From: a virus
Virus record (IMG/VR): IMGVR_UViG_3300021185_003284
Location: 1-64,000 of that record
Direction: 5' to 3' (one strand)
Length of the DNA: 64,000 nt
The translations under genes were made by a program, and so were the position numbers. The notes beneath the pieces were generated by a model. That model saw only the letters and a program-made list of their open reading frames with translations, did no database searches and was not told the DNA's origin. Below are positions 25,951-34,974 of this stretch, piece by piece; within the stretch, counting starts at the first letter, position 1, and each line of letters starts with the position of its first letter.

Positions 25951-26918
25951 TACAGAGAACAGCAGAGGTAGTTTCACCAAAGCACCCTGATAAATTATGT
26001 GATAGAGTTTCTGACGCTATCCTAGATTTATTTTTAGAAAAAGATCCATTAGTAAGATGTGCAGTTGAAACATGCGGCGGTCACGGTAAGTTATTTATTA
26101 CAGGAGAGATAACATATTATGGTCCAGTAATTGAAGAGAGTCAAATTAAAAATATTGCTAAAATTATTACAGGTATTGAACCTGAAAACGTCACTCTTAA
26201 TATTGTAGCACAATCACCAGAAATAGCACAAGGAGTCGACACAGGAGGTGCAGGTGATCAAGGTATTATGATAGGTTATGCATGTAACGACAATGAGGAA
26301 TACATACCGCAAGAGTATTACTTGGCTAGAAAATTAAATAGGGAGATATACAAAGAGTATCCATACGATGGAAAAACTCAAGTTACTATAGCCGGTAAAA
26401 ATGTTTCAATTGTTGCTTCATTTCAAATGGCTCCTAAGAGTGCATTAGAGAGAATATGTAAAGCTTTTGCTAAAACAGAGAAATTAAAAATTAAATCACT
26501 TCATTGTAACCCGGCGGGAGACTGGAAGCTTGGAGGATTTGATGCAGATGCAGGAGTAACTGGTAGAAAACTAGCAGTAGATAATTACGGACCAAGAGTA
26601 CCTTTGGGAGGAGGAGCTTTTAGCGGTAAAGATGCTACTAAGGTTGACAGATCAGCTGCATATATGGCAAGGTATATTGCTGTAGATTTACTTAAAAAGA
26701 AGAAAGCTGAAGAAGTCTTTGTTGAATTGTCATATGCAATTGGACATAATAGACCTATTCAAGCTACTGCTACTGTAGACGGTAAGCAGATATCGTTAGC
26801 TAAATATGATTATAAATTAGCTCCTAATAGTATTATTAGTTTCTTAGATTTGAGAAAACCTATATTTGCAGGAACTGCTACTTGGGGTCATATGGGAAGA
26901 GGATTTAATTGGAATTAG
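25947..26918 (+). CDS. metK: S-adenosylmethionine synthetase
   Basis: HPDKLCD, GAGDQG, DGKTQV, GRK, GGGAFSGKDATKVDRS. Confidence 0.97.
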   Translation: MIQRTAEVVSPKHPDKLCDRVSDAILDLFLEKDPLVRCAVETCGGHGKLFITGEITYYGPVIEESQIKNIAKIITGIEPENVTLNIVAQSPEIAQGVDTGGAGDQGIMIGYACNDNEEYIPQEYYLARKLNREIYKEYPYDGKTQVTIAGKNVSIVASFQMAPKSALERICKAFAKTEKLKIKSLHCNPAGDWKLGGFDADAGVTGRKLAVDNYGPRVPLGGGAFSGKDATKVDRSAAYMARYIAVDLLKKKKAEEVFVELSYAIGHNRPIQATATVDGKQISLAKYDYKLAPNSIISFLDLRKPIFAGTATWGHMGRGFNWN

Positions 26919-26919
26919 T

Positions 26920-28053
26920 ATGATTACAGATGAGGTTATAATTTATCAGTCCTTATTATTAGATAAGATAGCTAAACCTAATAAATGCGTCTTAGACGTT
27001 GGTTTTGGATGGGGGATGACTTCTAAGTATATATACGAAAAAGGATGTAAGTCTCTTACTATTATCGAACAGAGAAGTGATATAGCTGCAAGAGCAAGTG
27101 AATGGGCAGCAGATAAACCTAATGTAACTGTTTATCAAGGGGACTGGCAAGATGTAATCCCAGAGTTAGCAGCAGCAGGAGAAAAGTACGATGGTATATA
27201 TATGGATACTTTCTGCCCTGAAAATGAAGATTTTACTTTTAATAAAACTGAAGAAGAGTATAAAGAAATGCTTAACTATTTTTATGTTAAGCCTACTCAA
27301 GCAGAAGAGAATAAGTATAGTTCATTTGAAAGTTATGCTGAATCTGTAGCAGATGAAAATTGTATCTTATGTTTATACGAGTATAGTAAATATAGAAAGT
27401 TAGAAGATTTAAATTTTTACTACGTTGATACTCCATGGATGACTTCTGGATTTCCTTCTACTCATAAGATATGTTGGACGTATTTTACTGCAGGTAAATT
27501 TAGAAAAGATAAGTATTTCGATAGAGAAGATAATTTTCTTTCTGATAAACTATGTGATGAACTAATATCAGATAATAAAGAAACTCTAGTATATACAGAA
27601 CAAGAAGCTGTTATAAATAAAATAAAACATCAAAGAAAATTTTATTTTACTCATATAAAATATAATGCTGAATTAGAATCTATATTAAATAATACCATTT
27701 TTAGTAGATTTAAAGAAATAGATATTAATGATTTATGGATAGCATTAGTTAAATATGAACCTGGACAAGGTTATGATAGACATGTAGAATCATTAAAAGG
27801 TATGCCGTTAGACGATAAAGAACAGTATGTAGATACTGTGGAAATATCACTTACTGATAATGGAGTAACTCAGATATACGATGATTTTAGAAAAGAGAAT
27901 AGACTTATTTATTCTACTCTTAAATGTAAAAAAGGACAAATGTTGAAATATAAGACCTATCAACATGTTCAGTATAATAAATTAAAAGAAGGAGTTAGAT
28001 ATCAACTTTTAATTTTCTTAAAAAACAGTGATTATAATAAATTTTTAATTTAA
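26920..28053 (+). CDS. methyltransferase (GAMT/Rmt2-like) fused to a C-terminal 2OG-Fe(II) oxygenase-like domain
   Basis: LDVGFGWG, GDWQDV, YDGIYMDTF; C-terminal KYEPGQGYDRHVE...H...GVRY. Confidence 0.7.
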   Translation: MITDEVIIYQSLLLDKIAKPNKCVLDVGFGWGMTSKYIYEKGCKSLTIIEQRSDIAARASEWAADKPNVTVYQGDWQDVIPELAAAGEKYDGIYMDTFCPENEDFTFNKTEEEYKEMLNYFYVKPTQAEENKYSSFESYAESVADENCILCLYEYSKYRKLEDLNFYYVDTPWMTSGFPSTHKICWTYFTAGKFRKDKYFDREDNFLSDKLCDELISDNKETLVYTEQEAVINKIKHQRKFYFTHIKYNAELESILNNTIFSRFKEIDINDLWIALVKYEPGQGYDRHVESLKGMPLDDKEQYVDTVEISLTDNGVTQIYDDFRKENRLIYSTLKCKKGQMLKYKTYQHVQYNKLKEGVRYQLLIFLKNSDYNKFLI

Positions 28054-28058
28054 ATGTT

Positions 28059-28253
28059 ATGAGCGATTCAGTAAAGAAGTATTACGAAATGGTTGAAGAT
28101 GGTATTTTAAAAGATACTACATTATCACCCAAACCAAATATTGATAGTTACCTTGTTAGTGAAGGACATAAGAAAGAAGCTTACACCATCTTATGTACGT
28201 ACCAATCGGAATCTATAATAGAGGCAGCTAGAATTTTAAAGAGTGGGAACTAA
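28059..28253 (+). CDS. hypothetical protein
   Basis: ORF in operon. Confidence 0.55.
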   Translation: MSDSVKKYYEMVEDGILKDTTLSPKPNIDSYLVSEGHKKEAYTILCTYQSESIIEAARILKSGN

Positions 28254-28674
28254 CGAAGTTTGGTATACTATAGAGAATAATTTAAGTTACCCTCATGTTG
28301 ACGGAGTAGTCTGCATCGGACCAGATACTTTTTGTTCTTATAAGAATACTATTCAAGCTAGTATTGACTCTTTTAATAATAGTATAGTTTGGACTGAGAT
28401 GTGGGACTTAGAAGATGCTAAATCTAGATTAGATGAAGGTCATGTTCTATTTATAGGAGTAGATAAAGATGGTCCACTTGCACATGTTTGGTTTGACAAC
28501 GATTATCTTTATAATATGTACGTTAATCCTAGACGGCCAGAAGGTTATGGAGTTAACTTTGTACAGTTTTGCCTTCAATTTATAGTACATGATAAGATAC
28601 GTTTATATTGTGATGACTGGAATATTAGAGCACAGAAATTTTTTGAAAAGATAGGATTTGAAAAAAATAGTTGA
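28243..28674 (+). CDS. GNAT-family acetyltransferase
   Basis: LYNMYVNPRRPEGYG, NIRAQKFFEKIGF. Confidence 0.75.
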   Translation: MGTNEVWYTIENNLSYPHVDGVVCIGPDTFCSYKNTIQASIDSFNNSIVWTEMWDLEDAKSRLDEGHVLFIGVDKDGPLAHVWFDNDYLYNMYVNPRRPEGYGVNFVQFCLQFIVHDKIRLYCDDWNIRAQKFFEKIGFEKNS

Positions 28675-29173
28675 AGTTAGTAATTTATTATCAAAGAAAG
28701 ATATAACTTTCATTATGTCTAATCTTACGCTTCTAGGTGAACTTAGAAATGAGGACGAGACTTTTAACAGATCTATTTACATTGCCAAAAGAGAAAATAA
28801 GTTATTTACTAACTTGTTCGATAAATGTGATAATACTTTTTTTGAACACTTTGGGAAGAAACTTAAGAGCCATGAATTATACTTTATAAAATATTACAAA
28901 GGAGATTATATTAAAAAGCATAATGACAATTGGCAAACATCTACAAGTTCTGGCAGACTCTATTCCTTAGTAGCACAAATGACTCATCCTAATTTGTATA
29001 AAGGAGGAGATACTATAGTTTATGGAGATAAAGAAGTAAAGCTTTCGAAAAATCAAGGAGACGGTATAATTTTTCCTAGTAGTACTGATCACGAACTAAC
29101 AGAAATAACAGAAGGAATAAGGTTTTCTTTTGTAGTTATGTTCAAAGAAACTCTAAAGTTTCCTCTCTTATAG
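28658..29173 (+). CDS. 2OG-Fe(II) oxygenase
   Basis: KY..GD...HND, Y.GG, FPS...H......G.R.S. Confidence 0.88.
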   Translation: MKKIVEVSNLLSKKDITFIMSNLTLLGELRNEDETFNRSIYIAKRENKLFTNLFDKCDNTFFEHFGKKLKSHELYFIKYYKGDYIKKHNDNWQTSTSSGRLYSLVAQMTHPNLYKGGDTIVYGDKEVKLSKNQGDGIIFPSSTDHELTEITEGIRFSFVVMFKETLKFPLL

Positions 29174-29207
29174 TTGTTATTCAGAAAAAAGTTTCTTATA
29201 TTTAAGT

Positions 29208-29732
29208 ATGAATCAGTTACCTTATAAACCTCGTTTTTCTAGACAATGGATTGAAACGAAACTACGAAAGACTCACTACAAGAAACCTTATGATAGATTT
29301 ATGTGGTGGAGAAGTTATACTCCTAAGAATAAACCTCTAGATAAAAGAGCTTCCTTTAGGGATAGAATTTTAAATGGTGACTTCGAACAAGCAACTTATC
29401 TACTTGAAATCGACTTAGCTCAACATACTATGAACGACAAGTATCTGAATACTATTACAACAAATGGTGATGCCGATACTGGTAAGTTTCATAGTGAAAC
29501 TGCAATCGATAGAGCTCGTATCAAACGATTGAACGAAGACTACGAGAAAGACGAACATAACAAGTTAGAAGATATACGTAAAGGGTTTGTACTGCATCTT
29601 AAAATGACTAAAGAGCAGTATGACAAGGAAGTAATTAAGACTACTTCTAAAGATTTATTAGCCTTTTATGACAAGATGTCCGATAAATATGGGACATATT
29701 GGAAACCTTTATCTTATGTTAAGAAAACATAG
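29208..29732 (+). CDS. hypothetical protein
   Basis: ORF after the 29174 promoter. Confidence 0.7.
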   Translation: MNQLPYKPRFSRQWIETKLRKTHYKKPYDRFMWWRSYTPKNKPLDKRASFRDRILNGDFEQATYLLEIDLAQHTMNDKYLNTITTNGDADTGKFHSETAIDRARIKRLNEDYEKDEHNKLEDIRKGFVLHLKMTKEQYDKEVIKTTSKDLLAFYDKMSDKYGTYWKPLSYVKKT

Positions 29733-29774
29733 ATATTTATAAGTAACACTAATTATTAACTAAATTTAGAATTC

Positions 29775-30002
29775 ATGAAAGTTATTATCATTTTATTAAT
29801 TATTGCCGTCGGAGTCGGAGTGTATCTCTGGAAACGCGGTGACCAAGATGGAGATGGAGATGTCGATGTAAATGACATTAAAATATCCGCAAAAGAAGTT
29901 TCTAAAGAAGCCAAAGACAAAATCGAAGACGTGGTCGATGACGCCAAAGAAGTTGTCAAAAAGGTGACTAGAAAGAAACCAGGTAGGAAGAAAAAGTCCT
30001 AG
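29775..30002 (+). CDS. small membrane-anchored protein with a Ca-binding-like loop
   Basis: N-terminal TM; DQDGDGDVDVND; basic tail. Confidence 0.65.
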   Translation: MKVIIILLIIAVGVGVYLWKRGDQDGDGDVDVNDIKISAKEVSKEAKDKIEDVVDDAKEVVKKVTRKKPGRKKKS

Positions 30003-30003
30003 T

Positions 30004-30228
30004 ATGCAAAACCTAAATGTTGACATTAATCAAACACTTCCGGTTGTATGCGAGGAATGTAATGAGAAGTATTTTGAACAAAGACTACTCCTCAGAAAAG
30101 CCTCAGGACTACTCACGGGTCAATCGAAACCCACCTATATCCCAATCCCCGTCTTCGCCTGCACAGACTGCGGACACGTCAACGGAGATTTCCTCCCAAG
30201 AGAAATTGAATCGCTTGATAAGGAATAG
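30004..30228 (+). CDS. zinc-ribbon protein
   Basis: CEEC...CTDCGH. Confidence 0.7.
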   Translation: MQNLNVDINQTLPVVCEECNEKYFEQRLLLRKASGLLTGQSKPTYIPIPVFACTDCGHVNGDFLPREIESLDKE

Positions 30229-30265
30229 TTATTCCGGACTACACGAATACGGACAATCAAAGGAG

Positions 30266-30293
30266 TGGGATCATTAGATCCCATTTTTTTTTT
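30266..30293 (+). terminator. intrinsic terminator
   Basis: TGGGATC-atta-GATCCCA followed by T10. Confidence 0.85.
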
Positions 30294-30384
30294 GCCTACT
30301 TTTTTTTAAATAAGTTTAAGAATATTTTGTATTTTCCTCGTTGAATGCATATTTATTACCGATGAACGTTTCTTCGTTCACAAC

Positions 30385-30437
30385 AACCGTTTTTCCTAAC
30401 CGTTTTCTCATATTGTTTCATTATTGGTAACCGTTTT
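30385..30437 (+). repeat. three AACCGTTTT direct repeats in the leader of the surface cassette
   Basis: Copies at 30385, 30398, 30429. Confidence 0.7.
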
Positions 30438-30469
30438 TTAATTGTTGCAGTCGCAAAGCAGTAATTAGT

Positions 30470-30946
30470 ATGAGACTATTATTATTTTTACTTAGTTTCC
30501 TTTTTAGTTTTAGTTTAGTTGCACAAGAACTGAAAATAGGGGACGTAGAGAATAACATCGTTCTAGGTGAGCTAGCTGGTAACAGAGACTTATCATTCGG
30601 AGTAAAGAATGTATTAGAGGAAGTTGTCCAAGACTACGGCTGGTATCTCAATCCTAATTCAAACAACATTTTAGAAGTTGAACTGCTTTATTTTGACGTT
30701 CAGAGAAATAACGTTCAGTTGGCAGCATTCGCTAAAAACATAGACGTATATCAAATAGTAGCTAGAGGTACTTTTACTAGAGAAGGTAAAAAACCTAAAA
30801 AAGCAACAGCAAAGGGAGTTGCTAAAAGCATATCAACAGCTACATTAATCATAGATCAAGGAGGTAACTTCTCCCAAGCTAATGTTTCATCAGCAATTAA
30901 AAAGCTTTGTGAACAGTTAGTTAAAAAGTTAAAAATGGAATTATGA
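30470..30946 (+). CDS. secreted protein (possible CsgG/LptE-like alpha/beta fold)
   Basis: Signal peptide ...SLVA|Q; C-terminal helix SSAIKKLCEQLV. Confidence 0.55.
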   Translation: MRLLLFLLSFLFSFSLVAQELKIGDVENNIVLGELAGNRDLSFGVKNVLEEVVQDYGWYLNPNSNNILEVELLYFDVQRNNVQLAAFAKNIDVYQIVARGTFTREGKKPKKATAKGVAKSISTATLIIDQGGNFSQANVSSAIKKLCEQLVKKLKMEL

Positions 30947-31044
30947 ATAAAATAATTAATATAATATTAAAAATCGACAAATGGCTCTCTGATCAGGTAC
31001 ATGATATGTACCCTGGGCTGACTAAACACATGAAAAAAAAATGA
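30943..31044 (+). CDS. 33-aa hypothetical protein, not in ORF track
   Basis: ATGA overlaps at both ends. Confidence 0.4.
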   Translation: MNKIINIILKIDKWLSDQVHDMYPGLTKHMKKK

Positions 31045-32726
31045 GACAACTACTTTTAACCCTTTTATTAGTACCTGCTCTAGCTCTAGGTCAATCATCT
31101 TCAGATGGTATAGACATAGACTTAGATTTTAAAGGTACGACCTCAGGTGAAAACGATATTACTAAAATTCAGGTTAATGATACCTTAGTGTTCGCACTAA
31201 ATATTACTGATTTGAACGATAGTAACGACGTTACTTATATTCACACTGATGTAGAATACAATAAGAACGCTTATACGTTACTAGACCCAGTATGGAAAGT
31301 ATCAGGAGCAAATAATAATTTATTCTTCTATGACGATACAAAATGGAATCCTAACACAAATTACGACCTTAGTGACTTATGGGCACAGTGGTCTGGAGGA
31401 GGAGGAAATTATGCCTCTACTACTGGATGGAAAGTAGGACATTGGACAACACAATATACTAGTGCATTTGCTGGAGATTATGTTGAACTACACTTTATAG
31501 CTAAGACTACAGATAATTCTAATTATGCAAAAGCAATAAATGTAACAATGGCTAAAGTAACTGATAACAATACTGGATATACTTATCCAATTGGTAAAGT
31601 TAGAGGACACGATACTCAGTTTATATCTCAAGTACCTTTAGAAGATTTTGATAACAATGTATATATTAAAGTAGAAACTAGTTCAAATGTAGATGCAACT
31701 AAAATTAAAGCAACATTAGGTAAAGGATCAAATAATGAAACTATTACTACTTTAAATTTAGATGCAAATGGAGAAGCTAATGTAACAGATTACTTTAATA
31801 GTTCTTCAGAGACTTATCATATTACTTTCGACTGGGATGGAACAGAACAAGAATGGCAAGATTTAAAAGATGATGCAATTACGATTTCAGATGCTGTTCT
31901 ACTATTAAAAGAAACTGGAGACTTTGAACATGGTAATGCTGGTAATGCTTATGAGCATCCTATTCAGTATATAGCTACAGATTTTGATGCTAACGGAACT
32001 CTTAATAATCAAGATTCATTTGATCTATTAGCACACGTATTAGATGTAGCAGATGTATTTGTTAAGTACATAGAAGATACATTTAGTTCTGGTTTTGCAT
32101 TAGTACCTAGTGCTGTTTACAATGCAATAACAATGAACAATTGGACAGATGAAGACTTACCTGATATGGGAGATGGATCATTTAGTTTAGATTTATCAAA
32201 TGGAGATGTTAATTTAGCTTATAAATCTGCTCTATGGGGGGATGCTAACTTATCTCACGGAACAGTACAAGATAATGCAACAGGATCAGGAGTTACTTAT
32301 TCTATAGCTAACTCTTCACCATTAACTTCTAAATCAATGACTCAATATGCAGTATCAGATTCTACAGTAGAAGCTACATTAGTTACTGAGATAAAAGACA
32401 ATGGTAATGTTCATGTTGAATTTGAAATTTTATCTGATGATACAGCAGCATTACAATTAAAAGTTAATTACGATAGTTCAAGATTACAATTTAAAGAAGT
32501 AATATTTGACACAGGTGATACTACTACTAACTTTGGTAACTCAGATTACTCTACAGTTAATATGGGTAGTATAATCCAAAATGGAGGAGCTATACCAGTC
32601 AATTCAACAATGAAAATTGTATTTGAACCATTAGAAACAATAACATCCGCTGCAGGATTGGTAAGTATAAGAAATACTGATGCAGCAAGCACAGAAGGAT
32701 TACAACAACATTTAAATATACAATAA
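31041..32726 (+). CDS. secreted protein with cohesin-like and dockerin-like domains
   Basis: Signal ALG|Q; ITISDAVLLLK...DFDANGTLNNQDSFDLL dockerin-like; C-terminal AALQLKVNYDSSRLQF cohesin-like. Confidence 0.6.
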   Translation: MRQLLLTLLLVPALALGQSSSDGIDIDLDFKGTTSGENDITKIQVNDTLVFALNITDLNDSNDVTYIHTDVEYNKNAYTLLDPVWKVSGANNNLFFYDDTKWNPNTNYDLSDLWAQWSGGGGNYASTTGWKVGHWTTQYTSAFAGDYVELHFIAKTTDNSNYAKAINVTMAKVTDNNTGYTYPIGKVRGHDTQFISQVPLEDFDNNVYIKVETSSNVDATKIKATLGKGSNNETITTLNLDANGEANVTDYFNSSSETYHITFDWDGTEQEWQDLKDDAITISDAVLLLKETGDFEHGNAGNAYEHPIQYIATDFDANGTLNNQDSFDLLAHVLDVADVFVKYIEDTFSSGFALVPSAVYNAITMNNWTDEDLPDMGDGSFSLDLSNGDVNLAYKSALWGDANLSHGTVQDNATGSGVTYSIANSSPLTSKSMTQYAVSDSTVEATLVTEIKDNGNVHVEFEILSDDTAALQLKVNYDSSRLQFKEVIFDTGDTTTNFGNSDYSTVNMGSIIQNGGAIPVNSTMKIVFEPLETITSAAGLVSIRNTDAASTEGLQQHLNIQ

Positions 32727-33088
32727 TGAAGAAACTTACTTACTTACTATTCGCCATACTTGCAGTATCATGTATGAAAGACGAAGAAATGTTTATCGAT
32801 GCTCCCGTTGATTCTCAGTTAGAGATATTAGATATAGAAGGATTAAAATTTCAAAGCAGCGATATAACAGATGGTTCATTATGGAACTTTAAAACATTAA
32901 CAGAGGGAAAATATACTCTAGAAATTAGAAATCATTTTAAAACATTAATATCAAAAAATAAATTCAACGCTGAAATCGGAGATAATGTATCTAAATTTTA
33001 TACTAAAGCGCTCCTAGACGGTGACTATACAATAGTCATATTGAATGGACAGGACGTCATCCATGAGAGGAAATTAACAATTCGTTAA
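32726..33088 (+). CDS. lipoprotein with a T9SS C-terminal sorting-domain-like region
   Basis: LAVSC lipobox; YTLEIRN...LLDGDYTIVI...ERKLTIR. Confidence 0.55.
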   Translation: MKKLTYLLFAILAVSCMKDEEMFIDAPVDSQLEILDIEGLKFQSSDITDGSLWNFKTLTEGKYTLEIRNHFKTLISKNKFNAEIGDNVSKFYTKALLDGDYTIVILNGQDVIHERKLTIR

Positions 33089-33634
33089 ATGAGAAAAGCA
33101 ATTATCGCAGTAATAGGTTTCGTAATGGTTGGGTGTGCAAACCCTTCCTTGGAAAGAGGATTTGAATCCTTAAGTGAATCATTAGCAGAGTTAGATGCAG
33201 CTTTTATAGCATTAGACATCGAACAAATGCAAAATGATATAGCATCTGCACAAGACGCAGTAGACCAAATGACATTAGACATGGAAGCTACTGAAGCAAT
33301 GTTGCAGGAAATGGCAGACAATCTAGCATGGGGTGACGATTTCGACACTACTGTTCTAGGTCAACTAACAGCCATGGAGCAGATCGTACTTAACATAACT
33401 GTTAGGCTACAGGAAACTCTCACAGTTGTAGAAAATATGGCAACAACAGAACAAGTTCAAGCTTTATTAGCTCAAGTACAAGATGCAGGAGATAAAGTAA
33501 AGCAACTTGTAGCTATAGCTGACTACGACTATGATGGAGTTATTAACGCATTAGATCAATGCCCAGATACTCCAATAGAAGAAATAAACGAAGTAGATGG
33601 AAACGGATGTAGTCCATCTCAATTATCTAATTAA
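33089..33634 (+). CDS. coiled-coil lipoprotein with a thrombospondin type 3-like repeat
   Basis: VMVGC lipobox; DYDYDGVINALDQCPDTP...VDGNGC. Confidence 0.7.
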   Translation: MRKAIIAVIGFVMVGCANPSLERGFESLSESLAELDAAFIALDIEQMQNDIASAQDAVDQMTLDMEATEAMLQEMADNLAWGDDFDTTVLGQLTAMEQIVLNITVRLQETLTVVENMATTEQVQALLAQVQDAGDKVKQLVAIADYDYDGVINALDQCPDTPIEEINEVDGNGCSPSQLSN

Positions 33635-33635
33635 A

Positions 33636-33935
33636 ATGAGTAAAGAAAAAAAAGAAGGATTCTTTTCAAACGTCAGAAATCAATTAATAGCAGGAGCTGG
33701 AGTAGTGTTAACTACCTTAGGTACTGTATTTACTGATAAGATCGAAGAGTTATTCGGAGTAGAAGATGATACAGCAATTGAAGTCGTTCAAGAACAAAAT
33801 GTAAATGTTGAAGGACCCTCGATTACTATCAATATTCCGGAACAACAAAAAGATACTGTAGTTAAAAAAGTTTACGTTAAACCTAAACCTAAATTAACAG
33901 ATACAGAAAAACGTAAGAAAGAAATCGACTGGTAA
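33636..33935 (+). CDS. membrane-anchored hypothetical protein
   Basis: N-terminal TM segment; ATG 33636. Confidence 0.6.
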   Translation: MSKEKKEGFFSNVRNQLIAGAGVVLTTLGTVFTDKIEELFGVEDDTAIEVVQEQNVNVEGPSITINIPEQQKDTVVKKVYVKPKPKLTDTEKRKKEIDW

Positions 33936-34027
33936 GAAACAAAAAAGAAGGGCCTGAATGTCGCAAATCCAGACCCCTCACATAGTTTCGAAAGAACTTG
34001 ATTGGTAACCTTTAAAATTAACTAACT

Positions 34028-34252
34028 ATGAATGTAATTAACTTTTTCGCAAGCCCCTTCATCTTAATGTATGAAGAAATCTTCGAGCAGCCAACTTTAT
34101 TATGGAAAATTTGGCAAACTCTTTTGCTAGTATGGGTATCTAGCTTATTTTTATTGTTTATTGTAGGCTGGTCTAGCTTAGTATTTGAACTAATTACTAA
34201 CCCATCATCATTCGACAACGCAACATTCGGGGTATTCGATACCCTTGGGTAA
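34028..34252 (+). CDS. small membrane protein
   Basis: Long hydrophobic segment. Confidence 0.55.
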   Translation: MNVINFFASPFILMYEEIFEQPTLLWKIWQTLLLVWVSSLFLLFIVGWSSLVFELITNPSSFDNATFGVFDTLG

Positions 34253-34964
34253 GTATATTAGTGTATTATTCGTAATATTCGGATTTGCACTAGTAAATGG
34301 ACAAGTCGTCGGAAAGACTACGACTGAGAATTATCAAGCGGAATTTGAGAGACAAGCCTCGTTATACTCAATTCCCGAATACTTTGGTGATCCAGTACCA
34401 GTAGCACTTCTAGACGTAGGTTTAACAGATGACATATTGCTACAGTATCCTGAACTAGGAGACTATCGTGTAGGCTTAGGTCTAACAAATATTACTGTAG
34501 CTTTTTTAGATGAAACTTTTAGATTTGAATTTGTAGAAACTAAAGATGAGATAAAGGACCGTATGATTGTACAGTTCAAAGCATCTCAGAAAGGATTTAC
34601 TGCTAATGAAATAGAGATAAGAGGAAAGATAACTCTTGCTCGATATTTTGCTTATGTAGAGATCTATGACTTTTCTATATCTGAAGATGAATCAATCAAT
34701 TTAAAAGACGGAGTGAAAAATACTCTTGTGACCAGACTTGGGCTCCAAGTTAAAATGGTCGATGCTCAAACCGGTCTATATATGACTGGTTCGGGATTAG
34801 GACTCGCTACAACTACTAGAGAGGTGACCATACTTAATGATCAAAATTTATCAGAAGTATCTTTCAATCAATCATCGATTGGGGTATCAACACGTAAAGC
34901 ATTAGAGACAGCAGTTGCTAAGATCGTTAAAAGGATGATAAGAAAGAAAATATTTGATCACTAA
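34245..34964 (+). CDS. CsgG/HfaB-like secretion/assembly protein
   Basis: Signal VNG|Q; RFEFVE, LGLQVKMVDAQTG, RKALETAVAKIV. Confidence 0.65.
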   Translation: MGKYISVLFVIFGFALVNGQVVGKTTTENYQAEFERQASLYSIPEYFGDPVPVALLDVGLTDDILLQYPELGDYRVGLGLTNITVAFLDETFRFEFVETKDEIKDRMIVQFKASQKGFTANEIEIRGKITLARYFAYVEIYDFSISEDESINLKDGVKNTLVTRLGLQVKMVDAQTGLYMTGSGLGLATTTREVTILNDQNLSEVSFNQSSIGVSTRKALETAVAKIVKRMIRKKIFDH

Positions 34965-34974
34965 TTCAAGTGTT

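Noticed and set aside
33945-34000. c-di-GMP-I riboswitch (CGCAAA, GAAA tetraloop)
   Set aside because: Elements are in the wrong order and the P1 stem and tetraloop receptor are not identifiable
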